A program made the translations under genes and the position numbers. A stretch of 57,271 nt of DNA, counting the filler, from Hydrolagus affinis (taxonomy: Eukaryota), in the NCBI GenBank assembly GCA_012026655.1. It is 4 parts of 4 records of this genome, joined end to end, with 100 filler letters (N's around TTAATTAATTAA, not from the genome) between each part and the next. Parts side by side here need not be neighbours in the genome. Positions count along the whole stretch, not along the records: positions 1 to 14,732 come from JAAILG010018827.1; 3 more parts are not named here. One strand, 5' to 3'. Below are positions 1 to 12,520 of the stretch, piece by piece; the stretch's first letter is position 1, and each line of letters opens with the position of its first letter. The notes beneath the pieces are model-generated. The model was not told the origin of the DNA, made no database searches, and worked only from the letters and a program-made list of their open reading frames with translations.

Positions 1-19
1 CGCCACACCAGCAAATATA

Positions 20-37
20 CAGGAAATGAGACGTCAG
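20..37 (+). promoter_or_regulatory. Putative family-1 V promoter element (ETS + CRE-like)
   Basis: CAGGAAATGAGACGTCAG about 140 bp upstream of the leader ATG, with an identical copy at 55491-55508. Confidence 0.5.
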
Positions 38-177
38 TGGAGGTGTCACGGAGAGTATAGTTATAACCAACACAGTTAGCGGCACTCGACAAACATTCAT
101 GAACGTTTATCAGCAGTTAGCTTGTGTCACCTTGCATTTCACCTGGAGTTTCTGACATGAATCGACGAGGATTGAGA

Positions 178-636
178 ATGAAGCCAAGTTACCAAGCAAC
201 GTGTACTATTTTTAGTTTAATGATTTCGCTCTTCTGTAAGTAGAGTGGGAGTTTAGACAATCACATGCATGTTTTGCGCTAAATAGTTAGAAGTTTAGTT
301 GGAGATATTTTCATCCAAATTCCTTTAAAAGAATGTTCGTATCTGTTCTCCAGGTGTCTTGGCTGACAGCGAAGTGTCACAGAGACATCAGGCACTGACA
401 GAGAATGAAAATGGAAATGTATCCATAGAGTGCAACACCACTGTTGACGTACTCACCTTCCAATGGTACAAACAGTATGGAAACGGTTCCATCAATTTGC
501 TAGTGAAGGGAAGCAGAGATATAAAGGTGGAGGAGAGGATAAGTGCTTTGGTTGATACAAAAGAGAAGAACAGCACACTGACAATCAGAGACGTGCGGGT
601 GACAGACACCGCCGCTTACTTCTGTGCAGCAGAGAG
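178..636 (+). CDS. TRAV: TCR alpha/delta-type V segment, family 1, apparently functional (leader 178-235, V exon 354-636)
   Basis: Leader MKPSYQATCTIFSLMISLF with a phase-1 GT donor at 236. AG acceptor at 352-353. V exon is open with C23 (IECN), W41 (QWYK) and YFCAAES, and is followed directly by an RSS. Confidence 0.88.
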
Positions 637-675
637 CACAGCGCTGCATGTCTAAGAGGAGCCTGTACAAAAACA
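637..675 (+). other. 23-RSS
   Basis: CACAGCG + 23 bp + ACAAAAACA. Confidence 0.92.
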
Positions 676-1965
676 TGCTGCTGTATGTTACTGTAGCTCA
701 CTGGATATACCACTCGCCTTTTCAATCCGTGAGCGTTTGTGGAACACTTCTGTGTGCAGTTGGCTGTCACATACAGCCGCTAACATGTACAGTTACCTAA
801 CTACACTGTAGAACAAGTAAAGCGCTTTGTAATGTCACATAGAATTCATAAGGTGTTATATGAAATACAAGTATTATTGTTATTAATCTTTCTCTGCCGA
901 GCAGTAAGTTGGATCCAGGGTGGCAGTCATTTGGTGGAGAGGCTTCCAGCATGTAATAATCCATGAAACAAAAATTGTGCCTCTATCCATTATTTTTTGT
1001 GAGACTATGCTGTGAGTAGTTCTCTGCCACGAAATACACCAATCCTATACTATGCAGTATATCGTGTGAAACCCTAAGAGACGGCTCATAGACACGGTAC
1101 GGTGCTATATCCAAACTAAGAATAATTGCAACACACAGTTTGATGTAGAAACTCCAAACGCAAGTATTTAGATGGATTTCCCAATGTTTCAGACACACCG
1201 TTTAAAAATACGAATGTTAACATGTGAAGCTGAGCACAGCGAAATAAAATGCACCACATGTACTTTGCAGGCATGATTTATGCTGGGAAAATGTGTATTT
1301 AGCGTCCAAAATGCTGTAGCCCAGAAGCTAGGAAGGAAACGTTCAACCAACTGTGGCAGAGACATCTGAGAATCTGCTGACGCCACGTGACTCCTCCGCT
1401 TTTGCATTGAAACCCTCTCAATGGCTGGTTTCTCCTCGTTACCGAATTGTCAGCTGCCCCAGAGAATGTGAAGCCAACAAACATCAAACCATTGTCTAGC
1501 CCTGTGCACATACCCATTGGCGTCCACTGAATACCTCCATCCAGATTTTGCCAATAATCGCTTCATAGCCTACACTGTAAAATATAGTGACCAGGCAGCC
1601 AATTGTGCACAGCAATGGCAGACAAACAGTGTTGTATTCAATAACTTATTTTATAAGTGATTATTAACACTGGATCACAATCAGATCAATCAAAAGATAG
1701 CCGAACTGCTACTGATAGCTGGGCAAACAAAATCGTGTTGTTAGAGTAAGGAAACGTATCTAAGATTTCGCCGTACAAGATTCTAACACAGGCACGATGC
1801 TTGTGGAGTGTGTGTTGATAACACTAAGCAAAAGGAATCCGCAGATAGTACAGTTACGTGAATATCATATATGTGTTTGGATGAATTGTAACAGAATTAT
1901 TGGTGTAAGTTGGTGCATGTGTCAGACACCTGGTTCATCAAAGACATGTCAGTGTTGGAGGAGAA

Positions 1966-2005
1966 CCAATGGAGGAGCGAGATGGCAGAGCAGAGCAAAT
2001 GACGC
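1966..2005 (+). promoter_or_regulatory. Putative family-2 V promoter element (CCAAT + TGACGC)
   Basis: CCAATGGAGGAGC...TGACGC, conserved at 46183-46209 and 50443-50482 upstream of the other two family-2 leaders. Confidence 0.5.
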
Positions 2006-2185
2006 TGAATGACATAAACAAACGTGGTTATATATAAACATCAGACCTGCTCCCGCACAGTGTATGGCAACTACTGTATGCCATTTACTGTTCAGCCCTC
2101 CTCACGGTATCTTAACTGCCTCCCAGAAAACATTCTCCAAATACACTATCAACGTTCTATCTGCAAACAGTGTCGTTAAGCACAT

Positions 2186-2876
2186 ATGATAATGTATATC
2201 CATGTTGTAGTAGCCATCGTTGCCTTGTTAGGTAAGTATTCTAACTGTATTTGTTTCCGAAAGTATTATCCAATGCCTATGTTTTATCGCATAAGTCATA
2301 TAATGATACAAAAAGAGCTTCAGGATTTGGAGTGTTCATTATTTCAGTGCTTACAGCACTGGCTTCACAGTCGAGAGGACTATGGTTCGATTCCCTGGCA
2401 GGACAGGGCGAAATATTACACACACTACATTGTTTTGTGCTAATTTTATTTTGTGAACTATTTGGAGACGTATCAACGACTCGACATGGCGCCGTGTGAA
2501 TCACAAGAGGATGATTGGAATTGTTGCTCTTGTATTAAATGATGATGTATTTTTCCTTTCCAGGGCTTTGTGGAGGAGACTCTGTGACACAGCTTCAATC
2601 TGCTGTGATAGTGAATGAAGGGGAATATGCCTATCTGCTGTGTAATTACACAGTTACAAGCAGCAGCGATGCATATATATTCTGGTACCGTCACTATCCC
2701 AACACAGCTCCAGAATATATCCTTTACATATACACCGGCAACAACAAAGAATATCTTGCAGAATTTGCACAAAAAAGATTCTCAACGAATTTGGATAAAG
2801 CACGGCGAACCGTGCCATTGAATATATCCCAAGTGACAGTGACAGACTCTGCTGTGTATTACTGTGCGATGAGCCC
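2186..2876 (+). CDS. TRAV: TCR alpha/delta-type V segment, family 2, apparently functional (leader 2186-2231, V exon 2564-2876)
   Basis: Leader MIMYIHVVVAIVALL followed by GTAAG. V exon GDSVTQ...LLCNY...FWYRH...DSAVYYCAMSP is open and in phase with the leader. Confidence 0.9.
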
Positions 2877-2915
2877 CACAGAGGCACAGATCAGTGTTCC
2901 TGCCGTACAAAAACC
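2877..2915 (+). other. 23-RSS
   Basis: CACAGAG + 23 bp + ACAAAAACC. Confidence 0.92.
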
Positions 2916-3504
2916 CACATGCAGCTCAGTGGTTTGAGCATTTGCTTTGCAAGCGAGAGCACCTGGGTTCCATTCATTGCAGAGCAAAATATTCTGTATT
3001 GTACGCAAACCTTCTTTATTTTACCCACACGACTCTGTTTGCCTCGCGGTAACTTGGAACCCGCTTGGATGTCAACTGGGTTATTAGTTGTTAGGGATAA
3101 TCATCCCTTAATCAAATAATAATAACTGTTTGAGAATAAGACTACTGTACAACCAACAACAAATTGGTCATTGAAACCAACGGAAAACTGGTGAGATGAA
3201 TTGGCTGCCGTTTTGTTCACTCAATACATAGTGAAATTATTTGCAATATATTCCAAGCATTCTTGAAAATTTGATCAATTAGAAGAATTACCACAATAAT
3301 TATTAATATATTCAATCATGTTATTGTCACGGAAATACCTGCAAAACTTTTCGTGTATGGAGAGTGCTGACATATGTACGTGCTTTTCTGTGGTAAATCA
3401 ATAAGTAGGAAAACTTAAAAATCACCAAACTAAGTTTGTGTTGTTTAAAGATAAATTAAGTCCTAAAGTTTCAGAGAAACTTTCTACCAGTGAGTGGAGG
3501 GAAC

Positions 3505-4290
3505 AAGGAACAACAACAACAAGTTTATATCTATAGAACGCCTTCCTCATCAGGAGGACGTCATAAGGCTCTAGACAGTTACTGCTTCCGACCCGAGCTG
3601 AGGACAGGGGTGGGGAGTGGAAGTGGCATACGGAGTTCCCGTTGGTTCCATCGAAGTGGAGAGTCTTGAGGCAAGTCTTGAATGATGCTCGTGATGCTGT
3701 GGATACAGGATCGATTTCCCTTTCAGAATGGAGGGACGTCGATATATGTACGGAAATGTAATTCAAGTAGAGACAAAGTTCAGCCCCGGTGTAACAACAA
3801 CAAAAAAATTATAATTGTATTGCGTCTTTCACGTCAGTTCGACGTCCTGAGACGCTTGATAGTCATATCGGTCTGGGGATTTGGGGCGGCGGGAGGGGTG
3901 GGGGGAGGAGGGGTGTGGGAGTGGGGGAGTGGGGGAGGGGGGAGTGGTTGTTTTGCGATGGGTGAATTGAAGAGGATATCTTTGAGTTGAGACTTGAAGG
4001 AGGACAGGAAGGGAGTGAGGCAGATGGACTGCGGAGTGGAGGCTGGGCGCTGTGTGACTGAGGCCTTGCCCTTTCGCCAGGGGTTGGGCAGGTGGTTCGG
4101 GTGACGTGGAGCAGGCGAGAGGCTGCTGATCGGGGGTGGCAGGCATGTTGGTAAGAGGTTACAAGTTCACTGATGTAAGGTGGAGCGAGGTTGTGGAGGG
4201 TTTTAATTTTGAGGACCAGGGTCTTCAATTAGATCCTCTGATTGATGTGAAGACAATGTAATCGATCAAGAATGGGGGAAATTGGGTCAC
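3505..4290 (-). mobile_element. L2-type LINE 3' fragment
   Basis: Reverse strand matches the L2-like 3' ends seen elsewhere in the window (CAA/TTG tail, FKxxLKTxLF-like motif). Contains a G-rich tract at about 3880-3945. Ends approximate. Confidence 0.7.
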
Positions 4291-6941
4291 GGAGTTTTGA
4301 ACTGTCCGCAGAATGTAACAGAATCTCCCAACTGTCTGCGTGGCATTGAATGGCCTTTTCCTGTTCCCATCAAGCCCATTTCGTGCGGTGTACTACAGTG
4401 AATTGCAGTGACGGAGCTTGTTCCAGAACTGTCTGGTGACAAAACCAACTATTCTATAGAAAGACATTTGTGCGAATGTGAAGAGAGGTAATGGGAGCAG
4501 GGGGAGATGGAGATGGAGGTGGATGTAATCGAAAATTTGCAAAGCTTAGGGCCGAGTTTTATTCCCAGTGACAAAATAAATGCATTGCTACAAGACTGAC
4601 TGTAACTAATGCTGTAACAGGAATGTGACTCGGAAACACATTGAGCTTCACTGCTCTATCATCTATCCAAAATATTATGTTGAGAACATCCTGCGAACGA
4701 GGCATGCATTGCTGACTAACCGAATTCATGTTGCACAGGTATAACTGGTTCAATTAACGCCTGGAAATAAAGTGCAAACTGAACACACGTTGGTACCTAT
4801 CGGCGATCCAAAGAGAGAACACAACTTGTATTATGAATAGAAAAAAGGTACAATGAAAATACTTGACTTATTTTATTATTACAATACATAATTTGCCTGG
4901 TGAATATCGTGCATTTGGTACTACTCCCAATGAGAATGACGCTTTATAAATGCAAATTCACTGTACTGTAACCTGACCATTGTCAACTCAATTTTCAGTC
5001 AAATAATATAAACAGGTAGGGGAAATAACCAAATAATTAAAATAAATTGTTGGGTATGGTGAGCGGTAGGGGTGGTGAGGGGCGCAAATATAAGAACGAA
5101 TACGCCAAGCGATTGCGGAATAAATTCGCCTTCAATGTTCTAGTAAAGCTGGGAAAACATGAGGAACAAGCAGGGAACGAGACGAATGCATATGCTTCCA
5201 CGGGAGTAGAAACTACGAGCGAATTCAAGACAGTCATAAAACGATTTGCTTTAAAATATCTCCATTAAGCACCTGCTTTATCTGCAAGCCACCAATAGGT
5301 GGCGAACTAAGCACACGTATAACATCAGTTTCCACTGCTGTAACTTGCCACATGCTTTTCTGTAACTAACGTCATTGGCAGCTCTCACAGTTGTTTCCTG
5401 TTACAGTTGACATTGCTTCCCTCACATACTCTATTGCTGCTTGGTCCGAATTCCACAAAGCTTTACCAATAAGCTGATTATCGCAAGGATTTTGTTGATC
5501 AAAATTGAATCTCTATGTCACTTGATGTATGTCATTGCCTTTCAGTCAAAAACACCATGATCGAAATCAATGTTTGTAGCACTCGCCTTACAAGTGTGAG
5601 AGATGTGTTCTGCCTTCTTTTGTCCTTCCCTCTCTCTTCACTCTGAAACCCTTTCTCCCTGATCTTGCCCACCATCCACCTTTCTCTCCCTCTCTCTGTT
5701 AGACTCTTTTGTCCCCCCTCTTCCAAGCTGACCTTTCCCCAGCCCAGTTTTCATTCCCTCTCCTTCATTTCCCTCGTTACCCACTTTCGCCAACAGGCTC
5801 AATTTCCGCGAATGTTTGTGGGACACTGCAGTGCCCAATTTGTTGCCACTTTTCGCCCACAAGTATGCAGTCAACATTCCTACTCTCTTTCCCCCTACCC
5901 CCCTACCCCGATACCTGATCTTGCCATATTTCCGCCCCTTTTCCCTTAGTCCGGATTCTATTACTGTTGATGGGACAATGCTGTGCGCAACTTGGTTGAC
6001 GTGTTTCGCCCACAAAAATACAGACAAATATCCTACTCTTATTCATCCTGCTCCGAGTCCTCTCCCCCCACTCTTGTCCCTACCTTATTGTACAGCGCCT
6101 TGAGATGTCCTCTTGACGTGAAAGGGGCTGTAGAATCCAAGTTTTGATTGATTCATTGATTGATTGAATCCAGGTAGGTTAGTGCGAAACCTTGGGCAAG
6201 TGTCTTTACTCCAGACGTCTAATAGAAATCCCACCAAAGATAATTCAATAATAAAATTATACATTTCAATGCTCGACTGTTTCTGTGGGACGCTGTTGTG
6301 CGCAATTGGATGCCACTTCTCGCTCACAAGTGTACAGTCAATTCACTTAACAGTACATTGTGTGAAGCGCTGTTTGTGCTTTCGACAAGATGTATAAAGC
6401 GCTATGTCAAACACAAGGAATACATTTATTATTACCACAATGTGTCAATCAAACAAATTAATTACACTACCTTGTGTCTCGCTTGTGGTATGATTATTTT
6501 AACCACTGATCTATAGGAATTCACAACTTAGTAAATAAATCAGTTAAAACTTACATTTGTGCAGCGCCTTTCACGTCGCGAGGACGTCCCAAGGCTATGT
6601 ACAGTTGGGCAGAGACATGAGCGCGGGGGAGCGTTTGGGGCAGGATGAAGGAGAGTAACAAATTTATATACTTCAAATATAAAGCAAAATAGCAGCATTG
6701 CATCACAACAACAAGAAGACATTTCCATTGTTGTTTCTACGTCACAAGGCGTTGGAGCGTCACCTGACTAGTTAGGTGTCACAAATCCGGTGGTGTGGAT
6801 TGAAACTGTAGTCATTTGACAGAGAGGCGTTTCCATCAGTGCTGTGGTCCACACTGCTGCTCAATCTGCTTTCAGTCACAATTCAGGCCACATTCCTTCA
6901 TCTCAAAAAGCTCCCATCGAATGACTTGCTCGCTTGGAAAC

Positions 6942-7390
6942 ATGGAGAGTAAACACATAGATTTCCTCATTTTAATGTTTTTGGTCCTTTTATGTAAGTA
7001 ACTTTCTCTCGTTCTGAAAACTGTACGGATATGTATCTCTGATGTATGCGTTGAAGTGAATAACTTGTTCTTTCTGTCTACAACGAGAGCAAATGCAGAT
7101 AATATTGAACCATCACAGGGGAAAGTGTCTGTCACTGAAGGCCAAACTCTGACAAAGAGATGGACCTACCCTGCTGGTTTCACCAGTGTTTACATGTAAT
7201 GGTACCGTCAGTATCCAGGCCGGCCTCCTCTGTACACACTGAGACATGATCATGATGGGGACACTTTCAGAGCTGAATTTGTTGAAGGTCTTTTCACCAC
7301 TATTTTGCACACGGGAAGCAAGACATCCACTGTAACTGTGCTGGCTGCGGCTCTATCTGATTCAGCCACATACTATTGTGGGATCACTCG
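6942..7390 (+). pseudogene. TCR V pseudogene, family 3 (leader 6942-6993, V exon about 7084-7390)
   Basis: Leader MESKHIDFLILMFLVLL followed by GTAAG. Acceptor is degenerate, C23 is replaced by W, and there is a TAA at 7197-7199 just before WYRQ. DSATYYCG is retained. Confidence 0.85.
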
Positions 7391-7429
7391 TACAGTGTTA
7401 CCTTCAGGCAACAGCACCGTACATAAACC
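7391..7429 (+). other. Degenerate 23-RSS
   Basis: TACAGTG (first C lost) + 23 bp + ACATAAACC. Confidence 0.8.
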
Positions 7430-7714
7430 TACAAAGAGGAGTTAATGGGTTTAATCACAGCACAGATTTTATTCCTGCCAGTTGACCTAATTGACTTTTC
7501 TGCTGTGACTCTCAGAAGAATCACATGATCAATTGCCAACCACATGCAATAAAACAAGGGCCACAGAAATTCACATGGCTTAATTTAGGGAATTATTTAA
7601 GCATACTATAACAAAGTAATGAATTACTAATATAACACTGCTGTTTCTGGAAATATGTAATGTGCGAAACAACACTGGGATAAAAGAAGGACTTAGAATG
7701 GATCAAAAATGTAA

Positions 7715-7990
7715 TTTTACAACTTTCAGAAGTGTAAGAGAGGAGCTGAGGAGAACTTTTTTCACTCAGCGAGTTATTCGAATCTGGAATGCATTGTCTG
7801 TAAAGGTGGTGGAGGCTGATTCGATAACAACTTTTGAAAGGGAATTAGATATTTATTTAGGGAGAATATGTCTATTAGGCTATGGGGAGCGGGCAGGGCA
7901 GTGGGATTGAATCGCTCTTTTCAAAGAGTCGGCACAGACTAGATGGGCTGAATGGCCTCCTTTTGTGCCATAAAATTCTATGAATCTACT
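7715..7990 (+). mobile_element. CR1-type LINE 3' end fragment
   Basis: Encodes RRTFFTQRVIRIWNAL...FERELDIYL, typical of the CR1 ORF2 C-terminus, followed by a 3' UTR with GATGGGCTGAATGGCCTCC. Confidence 0.75.
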
Positions 7991-8495
7991 AAATAAAAGT
8001 GCTAACCGCCATTGAGTTATAAGATGGAGGAAGTGTTTCAATTAGTACAAAACATTGCTTGGAGTGAAATTAAAAACGCTTTATCCATTTGTGTATATGA
8101 AAACTAATCCGATGTTCATTGACATCATTTATTGAATTACAATAATATGAATAATACTTGCATTTGATTATAAAGGCATACTAGCGCTTTTCACAGTTTA
8201 TCCACGTCTCAAAGCGCTTCATGGAATATATACTGTTAAGTGAATAGACTGTATATTTGTTAGGTTTGATTGTAAGTTTCCAAGGAGCTGAATGGGAGGA
8301 TTCCCTGCTCCCCACCTCCCACCCGCCCACCCCCGCCACACTTTCACAGACCGTAATGGTGTATTGCACAATGTAAAAGCAATTGAGATGTCAATGAGAT
8401 GACGTTAGACTGTGGGACATGCCAGTGACGCATATTGCTGTTGGTTCCCAGCAAACTGATGTCTCAGACACAACAGCGAAGGCTGAGGAGCAGCA

Positions 8496-9454
8496 ATGAG
8501 TCTGTTTGCTGTCTGTCTAGTGCTGGGAACCTTTACGGCAGGTGAGGTCAGGTTGAGCTAATTTAGTGTCCCTGCTGATTGTCAGCTCCATTTCAGCAAC
8601 AATTGTTGGAGGGAGACCTGTAGCTGAGTGGACAGAACAATCAGTCCGCAATTCAGATGATCTAATAGTTTCTAAAAGAAGTAGAGGGGAGTTGAGGAAA
8701 CGTTTATTCGTTGATCCCGTTGTTGGGATCTGGAATGCATTGCCTGAAACGGTGGGGGACGCCGATGCAAAAACATATTTTAAAAGAGATTTAGACGTTT
8801 ATTTGTGTTTATTTAATTTCGCAATTAAAATAGTTTCTAAAAGAAGTAGAGGGGCGGTCAGGAAAGTTTTTTACACTCAGCGAATTGCTGGAATCAGGAA
8901 GGCATTTCTTGAAAATGTGGTGGTGGCCGATTCGATATGAACTCTTAATAGAGAGATAGACATTTATTTTGGGAGGACGGGTTTGCACAGTTATGGGGAG
9001 AGAAAGAGAGATGTGGAATGGTAATAAATTGCTCTGTTCAAACAGTCGGCACAGACTCGATGGGCCGAATTACCTCCTTTTGTGCCGTAAGATTCTATTA
9101 TTCTATGAATGTTTAGCTGTGCTTTCCCTCGTTTATTACAGAACTCTGTGACGCCGATTCTGTCAGTCAGAAAGCGGCCACGGTCGGTAAGACAGAAGGA
9201 GATACCGTCGATTTGGTTTGCACATACTCCACGTCTGCTAGCAATTACTATCTCTTCTGGTAGAGACCTTGCCCATACAATCACCCAGAGTTTATAATCC
9301 GGAGATATTCTGTGGGTGGCAATCCAGTCAAACGAATAGGATTTGGAAACAGTTTCTCTGCTCAACTACAGACATTCAGTTTTTCAACCAGTTTATCCAT
9401 CTCTGAGCTGCTGGTATCTGAAAGCGCAGTGTATTACTGTGCCTTATGCCTCTC
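8496..9454 (+). pseudogene. TCR V pseudogene, family 4 (leader 8496-8541, V exon 9142-9454)
   Basis: Leader MSLFAVCLVLGTFTA followed by GTGAG. V exon DSVSQK...LVCTY...LFW*R has a single TAG at 9261-9263, then ESAVYYCAL. Intron carries CR1 remnants. Confidence 0.87.
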
Positions 9455-9493
9455 CACTGTGGTTGAATACACTGCAGGGCTCGCACAAAAACT
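9455..9493 (+). other. 23-RSS
   Basis: CACTGTG + 23 bp + ACAAAAACT. Confidence 0.85.
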
Positions 9494-9929
9494 GCTTTCA
9501 TTTTATACATGGGGACGTTCCGTCTGCTTGAAACGTGTGCGGAATATTGGTCAGACCTTGAGGCCCTGCGGGGAGCAAACACTTCAGCAGCCAGACTCAG
9601 ATGAAACGACATTTCCCGCCCCATCAGCTTGTCAGCTAAACTCACTGTTCATTATGCGTTACAATAAATGCAGACAGCAATTAGTGAACCAGTTGGGCGC
9701 TACAGGTCCAGCCGCTATTTATTTAATTCAGTTTGCAAATACCATGTTTCTTTCCATTTATTCTATCTTTGCAGCAATAGTCAACAGTGTAACAAGCAAG
9801 AATTGCAGTGGAATTTTGGAAGAATGCACCGACCCCTCCAAATCATCACCTCCAGCTCCTTAACTTGATTCAACCTTCTTCCAAAATGAAACAGCCAACT
9901 ATCCCGCAGTAAAGGAGCTGTTTAACGAA

Positions 9930-10410
9930 CAACGGCAGCAACAAAATTGCATTTGCACAGCGCCGTTCACGTCAGGCGGACGTTCCCTTTCGCTGCGCAG
10001 TTACTGCTTCGCACCCGAGTTGAGGACGGATGTTTAGGAGCAAAGTAATGGAAGGGCGGGACTAGGAGTTGCCAATGGTTCCATCGAAGAGGAGAGTCTT
10101 CAGTCGAGACCTGCAGGAGGCCAGAAAAGGGACGAATCGGAGGGACTGCGGTATGCAGTTCCAGAGTTGTGGGGCAGGGTGGCTAAAAGCTCGCATGCCA
10201 TTGGTTGGGCAGATGGGTCGGGGGATGTAGAGCAGTCCACAGCATGATGAGCAGTGGAGATGCGCAAGTTGATAAGGATACAGGAGGTCATGTATATAGG
10301 GTGAGGCGAGGTACTGAAAGTCTTTAAATGTGAGGAACTGTATGTTGATTTGATCCTCTGGATGATGATGAGTCAGTGGATTCGGGCGAGGATGGGGAAG
10401 ATGGGGTCAC
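9930..10410 (-). mobile_element. L2-type LINE 3' fragment
   Basis: Reverse complement of the same L2 3' end family. Ends approximate. Confidence 0.65.
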
Positions 10411-11399
10411 AGTATAGGGAACGATAAAAAAAAAAAAATTCAATGAAATTGCACATTGTTTGTTAATCAAAAGCTTCGGACGTTAGCCACTGATTTCAGG
10501 AAGATGCATTCGTCTTGCAATTAGTTTCCATTTGAAGACTTTTGTGATTTTGACATTTAGCCACATCAGCATTCTAAATCGTTGGGCATGTTTCCTTACT
10601 CCACACACAAGGTAATAATCCTACAAGCAAAATAATCATTAATAACTCGCTGTTATTCAACACTGTTTGAGGGACCATGCTGTGCGAAATTTACTGCAGG
10701 AATTCATCGGCAACTCTACAGCCAATTCCCTTGATAGTATGTTCCGTGAAGCTCCTTTAGACGTCCAGAAGATCTGAAGAGAATTGAGGCATATCAAAGA
10801 AGTTGCAATCCACTATATCAAATGAAGGAATAACTTTCTTTATTTTTACACAAACTGTGTTACCGACATACTATAGTAATAATAATACTAATAATCCTTG
10901 CATTTGATAGAGCGCTGGCGGCGTCTTCTAGATGTCTCAAATCGCTTCGCAGAATGCACTGTGAAGTGAACTACTTTGGACTAATTTCCATAGTAAAGGG
11001 AGGTATACCTGCCTAGCGTTTTCTCTTGGTTTCATTAACAACAGTATCTAGGAACATGAACAGTGTCATTTCGCTGTCAAGCTCCACTATGTATACAGAG
11101 TTAATTCACTTCAAAGCAAAAATAGGTAAACTTATCTGGCGCCTTTGATGTCATCAACAAATACAACTACTTGTATTGATTTTTCGCCCAAAAGGTCGGA
11201 CAGGAACTTTCTATCTTCAATTTGATGAGGACGTCGCAAGGCGCAAGAAATTCCTTCTTGTAAGCAGAGGTTCCGGATGAGGGTGGAAACTATGGGAAGT
11301 GTGGTAGCCATGGATAGAGGTGGGAGCTGTGGGGATACGAGAGCTATTTTGGTTGGGTGGGGAGATGTGAGATAGGGCATCGTAGGGTGGCGGTGTTTG

Positions 11400-12520
11400 G
11401 GGGTGAGGGATATGGTGTGTGACGTACTGTGTGCTGGTATAGGGGCACCTTCCCGGCATGCCCCTACATCTCTCCGAACCTTGGCCGGACTTGTCCTGCT
11501 CCAAGCCCCCCGCCCGAACCATCGGTGGCCTGGTCTTTAGTTTCTCCGATCCCACCCTATGGAATTCCATAACTCAATCCCTCCGCCATGCTTCCTCCTT
11601 TTCCTCTTTCAAGGCCGGTTTGAAGACTTTCCTCTTCGACCGTGCCTTTTGTTCCCCCCCGAACTTTTCGACCTCCCCGACGTGTTTCACCCCTTCCCAA
11701 ACACTCCCATCCCAGCTCGGGTCACACGCCTCCTGTCAGCGCCTTGGGACGTCCTCCCGACCTGAAAGGCGCTCTTTAAGCTTAAATTGTTGTTGTTATT
11801 GTTGTTGAACCTGTGCATAACCTAGACGTTAGGTTCGACTCCCAGCTTTCCTTCCTCCTCCACATCCGGTCCGTTATCAACACTGCCTTCTACAACATTC
11901 GACGGATCGCCCGTATCCGGCAATAACTCACCACAAAAGCCGATATAACCTTGATCCACGCCAATGCCCTCCTCTCCGGTCTCCACTCTACCACAATCCA
12001 CAAAATCCAGTTAATCCAGAACTCTGCTGCTCACATACTCACCCGCTCTAAGCTTCGTTCCCCCATGACCCCAGTCCTCGCCAGAATTCATTGGCTCCTA
12101 TCCCAGAGAGGATCGACTTCAAGATCTTTAACCTTGTTTTCAAGTCACTCCTCTCTCTTCACCTCCCTATCTCTTTGATCTCCTCCACCCACCCCCACCC
12201 CCCCACTCATAACCCCTAAACCAGCACACAATGCCTTCGATCCTCTGGGTCTGGCCTCCGCCATATTCCCTGAAACCTCCGTTCCACACTCGGCGGCCGT
12301 GCCTTCAGCCACTGTGCCCGAGACTCTGGAATTGCCTGCCTCAACTCCTTCGCCTCTTCCCAGTTTCAGGTCAGAGCTGAATAACTTTCTATTCGCCCGC
12401 GCCTTTGGTAACCTTTCTGACCCTGCCCCTGTTTCGCTCCCGGTATCCACACTTGTGAAGCGCTCTGAGACACCATCCGGCGTTGGAGGGCGCTATATAA
12501 ATCAAAGTTATTTTGGTTGG
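11400..12520 (+). mobile_element. Two tandem L2-type LINE 3' fragments
   Basis: IGGxxFS...LWNS...FKxxLKTFLF-like motifs, a TTG tail at about 11785-11806, and a second copy ending at about 12510. Confidence 0.7.

Noticed and set aside
9312-9863. 183-aa ORF
   Set aside because: It is the 3' half of the pseudo-V reading through its RSS into intergenic DNA, not an independent gene.
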